A stretch of DNA of 64,000 bases from Alteromonadaceae bacterium (GCA_041583135.1 JBFHGJ010000001.1:41337-105336), one strand, 5' to 3'; shown: positions 1-10,088, numbered from the stretch's first letter. Numbers and translations are program-made. The notes: generated by a model from the sequence alone, not told the origin.

Positions 1-15
1 GGTTTTGCACTGAAT

Positions 16-435
16 ATGTCACGGGTTGAAACCGTCAGTGTCGCCGCTGCCTATCAGCAGGTGGCTCAGTTTGACCCTGAGGGTAACGGCAGAGGTCCTA
101 AAGGCAACAATGGCCAAGGCAATGGTCAGGGTCAAGGTGTTGAAGGGCGTCAAAATCTTGGACAGATGATCAAACCGGTTGCCAATTATTTGCATGACCT
201 GTTGAGCTTTATTGAGCAGGCCAAAGAGCAGTTGCAAGAAGGAAGTGATCTGCAATCGCTGGTGGATCAGTCTGTTGGCCGCTATTTGGAATTTCGTGGT
301 GAGTCGGATATTCCTTCAGCCCTCGAACGCTTTGCTGAATTTAATCAACGTATGCTGGGGTCGTTAGAGCCGCAAAGCCCAGAAGATACGGCGACAGAGC
401 AACCGGCCGAGCAGAGCGCTGAACAGGCCGAATAA
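16..435 (+). CDS. hypothetical small acidic protein with a Gly/Asn/Gln-rich segment
   Basis: 139-aa ATG-initiated ORF. It has a low-complexity GNGRGPKGNNGQGNGQGQG segment and an acidic C-terminus and is followed by a strong terminator. I recognise no family. Confidence 0.45.
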   Translation: MSRVETVSVAAAYQQVAQFDPEGNGRGPKGNNGQGNGQGQGVEGRQNLGQMIKPVANYLHDLLSFIEQAKEQLQEGSDLQSLVDQSVGRYLEFRGESDIPSALERFAEFNQRMLGSLEPQSPEDTATEQPAEQSAEQAE

Positions 436-468
436 ATTTTCTGGTAAATTGCCGCTTTCTTTCGCAAA

Positions 469-506
469 ATACCCGCAACTATCTCTATAGGTGCGGGTAT
501 TTTTTT
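469..506 (+). terminator. rho-independent terminator
   Basis: Stem ATACCCGCA/TGCGGGTAT followed by a T6 tract. Confidence 0.8.
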
Positions 507-511
507 AGGCT

Positions 512-1285
512 ATGTCTGTTAACTGTGGTCATCATGTGGCTTTTATCGACTCTGGGATCGGTGGTTTTTCGATTATGCAAGAAGTCGAGCGTCAGTTGCC
601 GGGGATTGGCATCAGCTATTTTATGGATAACCTTTATCTACCCTATGGTAAGCTCTCAGAGCAAGCGTTGCTGTCCCGTCTTGAAGGTATCGTCGCCTTT
701 TTACAGCATGCGGTAAAACCGGACCTTATCGTCGTTGCCTGCAATACCGCTTCGACACAGGCATTGGATTTTTTACGTCAGCGGTTTGAACAGGTTTTTG
801 TTGGGGTGGTGCCTGCGGTCAAACCTGCGGCGTTACAATCAAGTGCCAAGCGTATTGGTCTTCTTGCGACACCTGCGACAGTGACTGGTCTTTATATCGA
901 TAACCTGATCGCTCAGTTTGCTTTGGACTGTGAAGTCAAAAAGCTCGGCTCGGTTGAACTGGTACATATTGCCGAAGGACTGTTTTGGCAAGAGCCACTT
1001 GCGCAGCAATCCGTTGAATTTAGTGAGTTTACAGGGGTCGATACTGTGGTTTTGGGCTGTACGCACTTTCCACTGATCAAAGACTTCATTGCTGCGCACT
1101 TGCCCTCACATGTTCGGTTGATAGACTCAGGCGCGGCTATTGCCAATCGAGTGTCTGATCTGCTGGGTAAGCGCTATGAACCTTCGAGTGTGAAAAATTT
1201 ATATGCCAGCGGTGAGTTGTCGCAGTTGAGAAGGCAGAGATTGAGCCAAATGGGTTTTGACTCAATCTCTATTGTAGCGTGTTAA
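512..1285 (+). CDS. murI: glutamate racemase
   Basis: 257-aa ORF with the FIDSGIGG, VVACNTAST and LGCTHFPL signatures of MurI. Confidence 0.9.
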   Translation: MSVNCGHHVAFIDSGIGGFSIMQEVERQLPGIGISYFMDNLYLPYGKLSEQALLSRLEGIVAFLQHAVKPDLIVVACNTASTQALDFLRQRFEQVFVGVVPAVKPAALQSSAKRIGLLATPATVTGLYIDNLIAQFALDCEVKKLGSVELVHIAEGLFWQEPLAQQSVEFSEFTGVDTVVLGCTHFPLIKDFIAAHLPSHVRLIDSGAAIANRVSDLLGKRYEPSSVKNLYASGELSQLRRQRLSQMGFDSISIVAC

Positions 1286-2502
1286 AGGTCATCTAACAGG
1301 GAAGATTCTTCGGCCTGATGCAAGATGACATGATCGGTCGTTTGGATGTTGCCGAGCAGGACATCGCCGACAGACTTGGCAACCGCCGATTTTTGATAGA
1401 CATCGGTCACTTGCACCTGATAGGGGCTGATCACAAATCGTGGCAAGTGCTTGCCGTTTTCGTTGATAAAGTGCGACTGCTGGATAATGTTAAACACTTG
1501 GCCTTTTTCTACGCCGTTTTCTAAGCCTAGGTTAAATTGCAGCACGGTATCATCGACTTTCATGATCTTGCCTTGCAGCGGCTGGCAATAGATTGCATCT
1601 TCAATTGCTGATTTTATTCTTGAGATCAGCTGATCGATAGCAGCGCCATAATCTGATTCCCAAAAGCGCCGTCCGTTGATGTCCACAGACTTACGTAGAT
1701 TAAAGGTCCAATCGGCAACCGCATCGAACTGCTCGCGGTAGATGAGTTCTTTGGTGCTGCTGTTAAACAACATTATATCGACGACAAAGAAACGCTCGGT
1801 GGCCTTATCTTGCCAAAACATCAGGCTTGAACTGGTTTGTTCGCCGAAAGATAGGTCGGAGATTTGGCCAAGCATGACATATTGGCTTTCGCTTGAGGCG
1901 CCTATGGTGTCGATCACCTTGAGATCGGCATCATAGTATTGTTCGAAACTGGTTCTGTTATTGATCTTCTGTTGATACCAAGGGCGGGCAATGACACTTG
2001 GGCTGTCCTTATGTAAGAGATTGAACAGTCGCATCGAGGCGCTTTTTCCAATCTCGTAGAGTCTGCCGATTTTGGCCTGTTCTCTATTGCCGATGCTCAG
2101 TTGAGTGATGGCAAGAGACTTTTTGAAGTCGGCGTTGAAGCACTGTTGTTGTTCACCGGGAATAATATCGGCGCGGATTGTCACACTGACCATGTTGCCT
2201 TGATGCAGTTCATCGACCAATTCTAATTCGCGAATACTTCCGTGTGACGATACTTTGAATTGATCTTGAGTCAATAATCCGTCGCTCACCTGGGCGATGC
2301 TGCTGACGGAGGCTCCGGCAAACAATAAGGCATCTTTTAATGCGTTTTGCACAGCCAGATTTCTGGCCTGTGCTTTGCCGCCACGACGAACTTCAGCGCT
2401 TCCGGTTGCCTCTATCCACTGGGCTTGAATATTGCTTGTAAAGAGTAGAGCGACGCCATAGAGCGCAAGCTTAAACCTTGAGGATCGTTTTATGTTAAAC
2501 AT
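1282..2502 (-). CDS. flgT: flagellar H-ring assembly protein FlgT-like
   Basis: 406-aa ORF with an N-terminal signal peptide. Its size, its divergent arrangement with flgP and its position beside flgNMA match Vibrio flgT. The call rests on synteny and general resemblance, not on a diagnostic motif. Confidence 0.65.
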   Translation of the reverse strand: MFNIKRSSRFKLALYGVALLFTSNIQAQWIEATGSAEVRRGGKAQARNLAVQNALKDALLFAGASVSSIAQVSDGLLTQDQFKVSSHGSIRELELVDELHQGNMVSVTIRADIIPGEQQQCFNADFKKSLAITQLSIGNREQAKIGRLYEIGKSASMRLFNLLHKDSPSVIARPWYQQKINNRTSFEQYYDADLKVIDTIGASSESQYVMLGQISDLSFGEQTSSSLMFWQDKATERFFVVDIMLFNSSTKELIYREQFDAVADWTFNLRKSVDINGRRFWESDYGAAIDQLISRIKSAIEDAIYCQPLQGKIMKVDDTVLQFNLGLENGVEKGQVFNIIQQSHFINENGKHLPRFVISPYQVQVTDVYQKSAVAKSVGDVLLGNIQTTDHVILHQAEESSLLDDL

Positions 2503-2550
2503 CTATAAACCCTTAACAGCCATCATCGTTATCAATCATGCTGATGCAAA

Positions 2551-2566
2551 TGCATGAAACGTGCCG
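2551..2566 (-). promoter_or_regulatory. sigma54-like promoter upstream of flgT
   Basis: The minus strand reads CGGCAC-GTTTC-ATGCA with GG-N10-GC spacing, about 50 nt upstream of the flgT ATG. The -24 element lacks the leading T. Confidence 0.4.
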
Positions 2567-2601
2567 TTAGTTTTAAGTAGCTGATAAAATTTAAGCATTA
2601 A

Positions 2602-2617
2602 TGGCGCGAATTGTGCT
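2602..2617 (+). promoter_or_regulatory. sigma54-like promoter upstream of flgP
   Basis: TGGCGC-GAATT-GTGCT with GG-N10-GC spacing, about 60 nt upstream of ATG 2676. Confidence 0.45.
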
Positions 2618-2675
2618 TAAGCTTTTATAGAGTTTAGTTAATTTGCATTTATTGCCGCTTTGGAGGTTGCCTTCG

Positions 2676-3140
2676 ATGTTGAAAGTTTTAATAAAAGCAT
2701 CACTGGTCGGTGCCGCTGTGTTATTGACCGGGTGCGAAAGTATTGTTGACAAACATGTCGAGTGGGAAACCGTCGAACCCAGTGTTTATCCTATTATCAA
2801 AGCGGTCGGTTACGCACCCATCAGTTTGCAAAAAGGCCAGTCAGAGTCACAGAAAATGATCCTTGCTATTCGCTCGTCTAAACTCGATGCCTATCGTGAA
2901 CTGGCCGAGCAAGTATATGGTCATTCTATTGACGCCTCTACTACGGTTAAGGGTATGGTGGCAAGAAACGACAACTTAAAGGCTAGAGTCAACGGCTTGA
3001 TTCGCGGCGCCAGAGTGGTAAAAAACTACGCCCTTGGCGATATTTATACCACAGAGCTTGAGCTTGATATGAAGGTGGTTTACGCCATCTACAACTCGCA
3101 AAAGCGTGAACGACGTTTGAAAAACGTGCGTTATTATTAA
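2676..3140 (+). CDS. flgP: flagellar outer-membrane lipoprotein FlgP (LPP20 family)
   Basis: Lipoprotein signal with lipobox LLTGC and FlgP-like size. I moved the start from the ORF-track TTG at 2643 to the ATG at 2676, which sits 8 nt behind GGAGG. Confidence 0.75.
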   Translation: MLKVLIKASLVGAAVLLTGCESIVDKHVEWETVEPSVYPIIKAVGYAPISLQKGQSESQKMILAIRSSKLDAYRELAEQVYGHSIDASTTVKGMVARNDNLKARVNGLIRGARVVKNYALGDIYTTELELDMKVVYAIYNSQKRERRLKNVRYY

Positions 3141-3282
3141 GCCGACTATACGTCAACATCTTACCTTACAATGGCGGCAACTCTTGCCGTCGTTGCTACC
3201 ATCGTACAATATCTACTTTTTCTGAAACCGGATAAATCTATCTTTCTACTGTGAGTGACATCATTTGCAGGGGAAGCAGGCC

Positions 3283-3708
3283 CTAAGCTTTTATTGGCCT
3301 GCTTTTAAGGGTATTGGACTTTTTGCCTAACTGATTGTAGGTGGTGGCGGTTTTGTCTTTTCGGGTGCCAATGATCAGCTCTTGCAACTGTTCGTTGCTC
3401 AGCTGTTTGTGTTTGAGAATTTTGCCATTGACTTCATTGAGCTGTTTGAGGTTTAACAGCTCTGCATCGATTTTAGCTTTTAAGGCGTGGATATCATCGC
3501 TGTCGAAGTCGGCGGGCTGGAAGCGTTCACTGATCTGTCTGTCGGTTTGTTGCAGTTTATCGAGGGCTGCGGATTTTTGTTTGGTAATGTCTACGACTTG
3601 TTGAGGGTGTCTTGAGGCTAGCGCATCGCGCTCCAAAAGCAACAACTCGTTCAATTGAACGAGTTGTTGGAATTGTTGCTCAAGCAGTAAGAGAAGAGAA
3701 GTCGTCAT
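3283..3708 (-). CDS. flgN: flagellar export chaperone FlgN
   Basis: 141-aa helical, Q/L-rich protein directly downstream of flgM, in the usual flgMN position. Confidence 0.8.
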   Translation of the reverse strand: MTTSLLLLLEQQFQQLVQLNELLLLERDALASRHPQQVVDITKQKSAALDKLQQTDRQISERFQPADFDSDDIHALKAKIDAELLNLKQLNEVNGKILKHKQLSNEQLQELIIGTRKDKTATTYNQLGKKSNTLKSRPIKA

Positions 3709-3720
3709 TACTTAATCGGC

Positions 3721-4053
3721 CTAGTTAAATAGGTCAGATTCGAAGTTGGCTAATTTCTCAGCCAATCGCTGAATGTTAACTTCGTACTTGCCTTCTGCAA
3801 TCGCTTTTTTAATGTTATCAACTTTTTGTTGATCGACGCCCGATGCATTGCTCGCTTTTTGCTGCAATTTGTTAAACTGCTGCGCTTGTGGCGTTAAGGA
3901 TACAGAATCCTGGCTGCGGGTCGTGGACTGCTGCTGCATGGTCGCTTGTTGCGTTGCTTGCTGGCGAACCTGCGTTTGCTGCTCGGCTTTGTCGGTATTT
4001 ACTTGGGTATTACCGACTTGACCCCCCGATAAGTTATTGAAATTTACAGACAT
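3721..4053 (-). CDS. flgM: anti-sigma-28 factor FlgM
   Basis: 110-aa Q/T-rich protein with a FlgM-type C-terminus (VDNIKKAIAEGKYEVNIQRLAEKL) and a sigma28 promoter upstream. Confidence 0.85.
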   Translation of the reverse strand: MSVNFNNLSGGQVGNTQVNTDKAEQQTQVRQQATQQATMQQQSTTRSQDSVSLTPQAQQFNKLQQKASNASGVDQQKVDNIKKAIAEGKYEVNIQRLAEKLANFESDLFN

Positions 4054-4094
4054 TTGAATAACCTCACACTTCTCTTTTCACTCTCGTACTATTG

Positions 4095-4121
4095 TTAACG
4101 GCCAACGGGGCTAAATCTTTA
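4095..4121 (-). promoter_or_regulatory. sigma28 (FliA) promoter for flgMN
   Basis: The minus strand reads TAAAGATT-N11-GCCGTTAA, about 40 nt upstream of the flgM ATG. Confidence 0.75.
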
Positions 4122-4206
4122 GCATTTTTTTCAAAAAAAATCGCTTTTTTTGCGGTAATTTTGTCTGCTATCGCTATCACCTTGAAACCGTTGTAATTGT
4201 ATCCCG

Positions 4207-4935
4207 TTAGAGGTTAACTTCAACCCGATTGACGGCAACCACTGTGGCTTTAATCCGCTTGCTGGTTCTTTGGTTGAGTATAGCAATATTATCGCCCAAA
4301 CTCCCGTTTTGTTGAGAAATTCCTGTGGTTTTTACCTGTAGGCCGTTGAGCTTGGCCACCACGGTCACCGAATCGCCCTTACAAACTAGGCAAACTTGAC
4401 GCAAAGTGACGGCTTGACCGGCGGCGACATAGCGACTTATCTTGGCGCCAATCAAAGGACTTGGCTCTTTGAGCGTCTGGCCACGGATTTGTGAAATATC
4501 GACCATCATGGTGCTGACATTGTCTTCGCTGATCACCGTGCCAGGAGCCAAAGTGGTGCGCGATACCACAACGGGGATCATTTGTTTGATCCTGACCTGT
4601 ACATAGAGGTTCCAGCCGACATCATCAGGACAGCGCAGTAGCACTGTGGTTTGCTTTGACAAAGTTGCGCTACCGGGAATGCTTATCTGCAATGGTGCGG
4701 CACAGGGTTTGATGTTGATCCGCTTGTCCAGCGGCAAGGTGTGGTACTCGGTTTTACCTTCTTGCGGCGGTGGAAATAGGTTTTCCACATATTGCTGGGC
4801 CATCGCTTCGATCTGCTCTGCATTGTAGCTTTGAAGGGTTTGCTCAGTGGATTGAACACTGATGCTCAGCAGTGCAAGCACAGCGTAAGCGGCAAAATAA
4901 TGTGACTTTACAATAAATTTTTTCAACTTTTTCAT
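4207..4935 (-). CDS. flgA: flagellar P-ring assembly chaperone FlgA
   Basis: 242-aa ORF with a signal peptide and a C-terminal SAF-like region. It sits upstream of flgM and divergent from cheV/flgB. Confidence 0.85.
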   Translation of the reverse strand: MKKLKKFIVKSHYFAAYAVLALLSISVQSTEQTLQSYNAEQIEAMAQQYVENLFPPPQEGKTEYHTLPLDKRINIKPCAAPLQISIPGSATLSKQTTVLLRCPDDVGWNLYVQVRIKQMIPVVVSRTTLAPGTVISEDNVSTMMVDISQIRGQTLKEPSPLIGAKISRYVAAGQAVTLRQVCLVCKGDSVTVVAKLNGLQVKTTGISQQNGSLGDNIAILNQRTSKRIKATVVAVNRVEVNL

Positions 4936-5142
4936 GACGTTTTACTATGCTTTAAGGACAATACGCGATATATAATATTGACAGCGTCAATTTTATGTCG
5001 CTCAATTTGGTTTCTCCGGGGCGTTTGTCGTATCAATGCCGTATTCAAACGAACAAACCATTGTTTTTTATTGATTTGGCATTGTATTATGCAATCATTA
5101 TTCCAAATGACTACGACAACTTTATAAAGATAGGGGTCTACT

Positions 5143-6072
5143 ATGGCGGGTGTACTTGATTCGGTTAACCAGCGAACACAATTGGTTGGTGCCAACCGAC
5201 TGGAATTGTTGTTGTTCAAACTGCGTGGTAACCAGCGCTACGGCATCAATGTATTCAAAGTCAGAGAAGTGTTGCAATGCCCACCGTTGACCCAAATTCC
5301 TAAGCAAAATCATTTGGTTAAAGGTGTCGCCTATATCCGTGGTCAAACCATTTCAGTGATTGATTTAAGTTCTGCCACCGGCGGTAGACCGTTAGAAGAC
5401 CTTTCGACTGCATTTATTATTATTGCCGAGTACAATCGGGCGGTGCAGGGCTTTTTAGTCGAGTCGGTAGAACGGATTATCAATCTCAACTGGGGTGATG
5501 TGATGCCGCCACCAAAAGGTGCCGGTAAGCAAAGCTATCTGACTGCGGTGACCGAGGTCGATAATGAACTGATCGAAATTTTGGATGTTGAAAAGATTCT
5601 CGATGAAATCGCGCCTCAACAAACTCAAGTCTCTAATGAGCTGGCTCATGATCCTGAGATCAAACAAGATCTCGGTGAGCGTATCATTCTCATTGCCGAC
5701 GACTCGGCGGTGGCACGTAATCAGGTGAAAAGGGCGCTTGAACCCCTTGGCATTGAAATGGTGCTGGCGAAAAACGGCCGCGATGCCCTAGATCAACTCA
5801 GAGCCTATGCCGACCAGTGTCAATCTAGTGTCACCGAAAAGGTGGGCCTTTTGATCTCAGACATCGAAATGCCAGAAATGGACGGCTATACCTTGGCCGC
5901 AGAGATCCGCTCAAGTCCAAAACTTCAGCAATTGCATATTATTTTGCACACTTCACTAAGTGGGGTATTTAACCACGCGATGGTGGAAAAGGTCGGTGCC
6001 AATGACTTCATTGCCAAGTTCAATCCTGATGATTTGGCCTCGGCGGTGAAAAAATGGTTGCACGTCGATTAA
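5143..6072 (+). CDS. cheV: chemotaxis coupling protein CheV (CheW-like plus receiver domain)
   Basis: N-terminal CheW-like region and a C-terminal receiver domain (ILIADDSAVARNQV, DIEMPEMDGY). Confidence 0.9.
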   Translation: MAGVLDSVNQRTQLVGANRLELLLFKLRGNQRYGINVFKVREVLQCPPLTQIPKQNHLVKGVAYIRGQTISVIDLSSATGGRPLEDLSTAFIIIAEYNRAVQGFLVESVERIINLNWGDVMPPPKGAGKQSYLTAVTEVDNELIEILDVEKILDEIAPQQTQVSNELAHDPEIKQDLGERIILIADDSAVARNQVKRALEPLGIEMVLAKNGRDALDQLRAYADQCQSSVTEKVGLLISDIEMPEMDGYTLAAEIRSSPKLQQLHIILHTSLSGVFNHAMVEKVGANDFIAKFNPDDLASAVKKWLHVD

Positions 6073-6215
6073 CTCGACGGGGCTATCGCATTTTACCTCA
6101 AAGTGGTAGAGTGGGTATGAAATGATGGGCGGCTTGCCCAAATAAGCACCTATAAAGCACAGTCTTGGATGATGTGCCTATTAAGCTAAACATGTTGAGT
6201 ACAGGTTGATAGATA

Positions 6216-7046
6216 GTGACGGATAAACAGCTAGACGGTGGTGAGTACACGCGCTTTAGAAATTTTCTAGAGCAGCAATGTGGTATCGTCTTAGGTGAGA
6301 ACAAATTATATCTGGTTAAAAGTCGCTTAGCACCATTGATGAGTCGCTTTGGTGTGACGTCTTTGTCTGAGCTGATCAGCCGTACGCTGCAACCGATGGA
6401 AAGACAATTGCGATCGGCGGTGGTTGATGCGATGACCACCAATGAAACTTTGTGGTTTCGTGATACCTATCCGTTTGACCTGTTGAAAAACAAGTTGCTG
6501 CCTGAGCTGTTGGCGAAAAAGTCGCAGTTGAAAATCTGGTCGGCGGCATCTTCTTCAGGGCAGGAGCCTTATTCTATTGCGATGACGGTGGCCGAGTATC
6601 AGGCCAGTAATTCTCGCGCCGCTGGTGCCAACGTCAGTATCCTCGGCACCGATATCTCCAATACTATGCTGGATTTATGTAAGCAGGCCAAGTATGACGG
6701 TTTGGCTTTGGCCCGTGGTCTGTCGATGGAAAGGAAGACAAAATTCTTCCAACCTTGTGAGAATGAATTGATGCAGGTGAAGGACAATATTCGCCGCATG
6801 ACAAATTTTCGCCACCTCAATCTACTCGATAACTATACGTTATTAGGCAAGTTCGACATCATCTTTTGCCGTAATGTATTGATTTATTTCTCCCCTCAAG
6901 TGAAAGCTCAAATCATTGAAAAGTTCTCTAAGTCTTTGAATGATAATGGCTATCTATTCTTGGGTGCATCAGAGTCCATGTCTGGGCTATCTGATAAATT
7001 CAATATGGTCCGTTGCACCCCGGGCATTATTTATCAGAAAAAATAA
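6216..7046 (+). CDS. cheR: chemotaxis protein methyltransferase CheR
   Basis: SAM-methyltransferase motifs (WSAASSSGQEPYSIAM, IFCRNVLIYF). GTG start. Confidence 0.9.
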   Translation: MTDKQLDGGEYTRFRNFLEQQCGIVLGENKLYLVKSRLAPLMSRFGVTSLSELISRTLQPMERQLRSAVVDAMTTNETLWFRDTYPFDLLKNKLLPELLAKKSQLKIWSAASSSGQEPYSIAMTVAEYQASNSRAAGANVSILGTDISNTMLDLCKQAKYDGLALARGLSMERKTKFFQPCENELMQVKDNIRRMTNFRHLNLLDNYTLLGKFDIIFCRNVLIYFSPQVKAQIIEKFSKSLNDNGYLFLGASESMSGLSDKFNMVRCTPGIIYQKK

Positions 7047-7049
7047 AAT

Positions 7050-7065
7050 TGGTCTGCTAATTGCT
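7050..7065 (+). promoter_or_regulatory. sigma54 promoter for the flgB operon
   Basis: TGGTCT-GCTAA-TTGCT with GG-N10-GC spacing, 37 nt upstream of the flgB ATG. Confidence 0.55.
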
Positions 7066-7101
7066 TAAGTTTATTCACGTTGATATTCGTGAGTAAAAAT
7101 T

Positions 7102-7500
7102 ATGGCGATCAATTTTGATAAAGCATTTGGTGTGCACCAACACACCATGCTCATCCGCTCGAAACGAGCGGAAGTTCTCTCAAGCAATATTGCCAATGCC
7201 GATACGCCAAACTATAAGGCCAAGGACATTGATTTTGCGCAAATGATGAAAAAAGCCCAAGGCCAGCAAAGTCAGGGGCAGATGTACATCACTCACGAAA
7301 GACATTTCAAAATACCATCGGTAGGTCAATCCGACACCCTTTATACCGTGCCCAATCAGCCGGATACCGGGGATGGCAATACTGTTGACGTTCAGCTGGA
7401 AAGAAACAAGTTCATCGAAAACTCAATGGAATATCAAGCCAGTGTCAACTTTCTTGGTGGCAAGATCCGTGGCCTTAAAAAAGCATTATCAGGACAGTAA
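7102..7500 (+). CDS. flgB: flagellar proximal rod protein FlgB
   Basis: Rod-protein N-terminal motif ([16 protein letters not shown]), size and gene order. Confidence 0.93.
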   Translation: MAINFDKAFGVHQHTMLIRSKRAEVLSSNIANADTPNYKAKDIDFAQMMKKAQGQQSQGQMYITHERHFKIPSVGQSDTLYTVPNQPDTGDGNTVDVQLERNKFIENSMEYQASVNFLGGKIRGLKKALSGQ

Positions 7501-7502
7501 TT

Positions 7503-7925
7503 ATGAGCTTATATAACGTATTTAATATTGCGGGCACGGGCATGAGTGCTCAATCGGTTAGGTTGAACACCACCGCCAGTAACATTGCCAATGCCAATAC
7601 CGTTTCCAGTAGTGTCGATGAGACCTATCGTGCTCGCCATCCGGTTTTTGCCGCCGAGCTGACAAAAGCTGCCACCGAGCAACAAGGGGAGTCTGTTGGC
7701 GTTGCCGTTAAAGGTATCGTCGAGAGTGATGACCCGTTAAAAATCGAATATTCGCCGAATCACCCCATGGCTGACAAGGATGGCTATATCTACAAGCCCA
7801 ATGTCAATGTGATGGAAGAAATGGCCAATATGATCTCCGCGTCGAGAACTTATCAGACCAATGTACAAGTTGCCGATGCGGCAAAGAGTATGTTGCAAAA
7901 AACCATTTCACTTGGGCAACGCTAA
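7503..7925 (+). CDS. flgC: flagellar proximal rod protein FlgC
   Basis: Motif ASNIANANT, 140 aa, gene order. Confidence 0.93.
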   Translation: MSLYNVFNIAGTGMSAQSVRLNTTASNIANANTVSSSVDETYRARHPVFAAELTKAATEQQGESVGVAVKGIVESDDPLKIEYSPNHPMADKDGYIYKPNVNVMEEMANMISASRTYQTNVQVADAAKSMLQKTISLGQR

Positions 7926-7967
7926 CGCGTCGTTATTTTGACGATTAGATGATTTGAGGTAACAGTC

Positions 7968-8651
7968 GTGAATTCAGTATCAAATAGTGTAATTGACGGG
8001 TTGCGTAACAACCCTTCGACAGCGACCAATAACGCTGCCAACAATAACGGCGCACTGGAACAATCGGATTTCTTTGCGTTGTTGACCCAGCAACTGTCGT
8101 ATCAAGATCCCACCAAGCCGGTGGAAAACGATCAGATGATCTCGCAAATGACCAGCTTCAGTATGGCCGATGGTATTACCGGTTTGAATAAGAGCTTTGA
8201 GAATTTTGCCGCTTCTATGACGTCCAATCAGGCGTTGCAGGCATCCTCTTTGGTTGGACAGAAAGTGTTGGTGCCGGGCAATGAGGTGTCAAAAAACGGT
8301 GAAGAGGGCGTCAGTGGCGTCTTTGCTCTGCCGGTCAGTGGCCAGAACATGCAGCTGAGGGTGGAGGATAAAGCCGGTCAGTTGATCAAAACCGTTGATT
8401 TAGGGTCCTTCCCACCGGGTAAGTATCGCTTTGAATGGGATGGTACCGACAACAATGGCAATGCTGCGCCGATGGGCGAATACTCGCTTAGCGTATCAGG
8501 CCAGGTCGGCAACAAGAGTGAGTCTTTGCCACTTTCGACCTATGCCCATGTGCAGAGTGTCAGTTTAGGTGCCAATGGTTCGGGTATTACCATCAATACC
8601 AACAACGGCGCAATTAAACTGTCCGATGTTGAAGAGATTGGCGAAGGCTAG
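7968..8651 (+). CDS. flgD: flagellar hook capping protein FlgD
   Basis: FlgD N-terminal motif (FFALLTQQLSYQDPTKP), gene order. Confidence 0.9.
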   Translation: MNSVSNSVIDGLRNNPSTATNNAANNNGALEQSDFFALLTQQLSYQDPTKPVENDQMISQMTSFSMADGITGLNKSFENFAASMTSNQALQASSLVGQKVLVPGNEVSKNGEEGVSGVFALPVSGQNMQLRVEDKAGQLIKTVDLGSFPPGKYRFEWDGTDNNGNAAPMGEYSLSVSGQVGNKSESLPLSTYAHVQSVSLGANGSGITINTNNGAIKLSDVEEIGEG

Positions 8652-8750
8652 CACAGATAGCCTACGCAACATTGAATTTTTATAGCCGAATAACGATTCG
8701 GGTAACCACTAAGATAAAAGTCGCGGTATAAGCGAAAATCGAGGTAGATT

Positions 8751-10088
8751 ATGAGTTTTGGTATAGCACTTAGCGGGATCTCCGCCGCACAAAAAGACTT
8801 GGATACAACCGCCAATAACATTTCCAACGTCAACACTACGGGATTTAAAGAATCTCGTGCCGAGTTTGCCAACGTCTATGCGACGTCTATATTCAGCTCG
8901 GGTAAAACGAAAGTCGGTGACGGTGTATCGACATCGCAAGTGGCTCAGCAGTTTCACCAAGGTGCGTTAGAGTTCACCAATAACTCACTGGATCTGGCCA
9001 TCACTGGTGACGGCTTTTTTGCCATGACGCCGGATCTGGCTTCACGTGATATGACCTTTACCCGTGCCGGTGCGTTTAAGCTGAACAAAGACAATTTTAT
9101 TGTCGATAGCAAGGGCAACTTCCTGCAAGGGTTTCAAACTGACCCGAGTACCGGGGCTACCACATCTGTCAGCTTAACCACGACGACGGCTATTCAGATC
9201 CCGGATTCTGCCGGTGCACCGCGTTCGACAGACAATGTTTATATTTCGATGAACCTCGATTCGCGCGAACAAGCGCCGACAGTCGCGCCTTTTAACGCAA
9301 CCGATTTGACCACATATAACTCGTCAACCTCAACGACCATTTATGATAGCTTGGGTGAGGCGCATGTTTTGGGTGTCTACTTCGTCAAAGGACCTGCTGC
9401 AACACCAAACTTGTGGAATGTGCATCTAACCATCGACGGCACTGACTTATCTAGCCTTGCCGGTTCAGGTGTTGGTGGTGGTGTTGCCGGTACGCCTGTC
9501 GCGCCGCTCCAGTTTACCGCTTCAGGTCAGCCAAATACCGCGCCTGCGCCATTTCCTGATATCACCTTAATCGGTGGTACGGTTGCCAACTCGATTTCAT
9601 CTATTTTGACCAATGGGGCGACCTTCCCGGACCAGATGACGGTCAACTGGTCTGATGAATCTGGTACCAAGCAGCCGACTCAGTACGCATCGAAATTTGA
9701 AGTCAACAGTTTAGAACAAGATGGTGCCACCGTGGGACGTTTGACCGGGATTGATATCGATGCCGGTGGTAAGGTTGTTGCCTCTTACAGTAATGGTGAT
9801 TCTTCTTTCTTAGGCCAGATTGCCATTGCCCGTTTCGGTAACGTACAAGGCTTGCGCCAAGTCGGTAACACGGCTTGGAAGAAAAGCTTAGATTCTGGTG
9901 AACCGCTCGCAGGTGAAGCAAACACCGGTACTTTCGGCTCTATTGAAGCTTCTGCGTTAGAGACATCCAATGTCAACCTGACCAATGAGCTGGTGGACTT
10001 GATCTCGGCGCAGCGAAACTTCCAAGCCAACTCAAGGGCATTGGAGGTCAACAGTACCTTGCAACAAACGGTCTTGCAGATCCGATAA
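8751..10088 (+). CDS. flgE: flagellar hook protein FlgE
   Basis: MSFGIALSGISAAQKDLDTTANNISNVNTTGFK N-terminus and the conserved C-terminus LISAQRNFQANSR. Confidence 0.93.
   Translation: MSFGIALSGISAAQKDLDTTANNISNVNTTGFKESRAEFANVYATSIFSSGKTKVGDGVSTSQVAQQFHQGALEFTNNSLDLAITGDGFFAMTPDLASRDMTFTRAGAFKLNKDNFIVDSKGNFLQGFQTDPSTGATTSVSLTTTTAIQIPDSAGAPRSTDNVYISMNLDSREQAPTVAPFNATDLTTYNSSTSTTIYDSLGEAHVLGVYFVKGPAATPNLWNVHLTIDGTDLSSLAGSGVGGGVAGTPVAPLQFTASGQPNTAPAPFPDITLIGGTVANSISSILTNGATFPDQMTVNWSDESGTKQPTQYASKFEVNSLEQDGATVGRLTGIDIDAGGKVVASYSNGDSSFLGQIAIARFGNVQGLRQVGNTAWKKSLDSGEPLAGEANTGTFGSIEASALETSNVNLTNELVDLISAQRNFQANSRALEVNSTLQQTVLQIR

Noticed and set aside
2643-2675. The ORF track gives N-terminal extensions for flgP (2643), fliS (27698), pseI (34262), pseB (40772), fliK (53907), flagellin 1 (18793) and the two genes at 37679 and 38536.
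   Set aside because: In each case an internal ATG preceded by a good Shine-Dalgarno sequence, or an ATGA overlap with the upstream gene, gives an N-terminus matching the family's usual start. The extensions begin at TTG or lack ribosome-binding sites.
5074-5092. A sigma54-like sequence, TGGCAT-TGTATT-ATGCA, lies upstream of cheV.
   Set aside because: The GG-to-GC spacing is 11 nt rather than the strictly conserved 10, so I do not call it a promoter. The cheV promoter remains unidentified.
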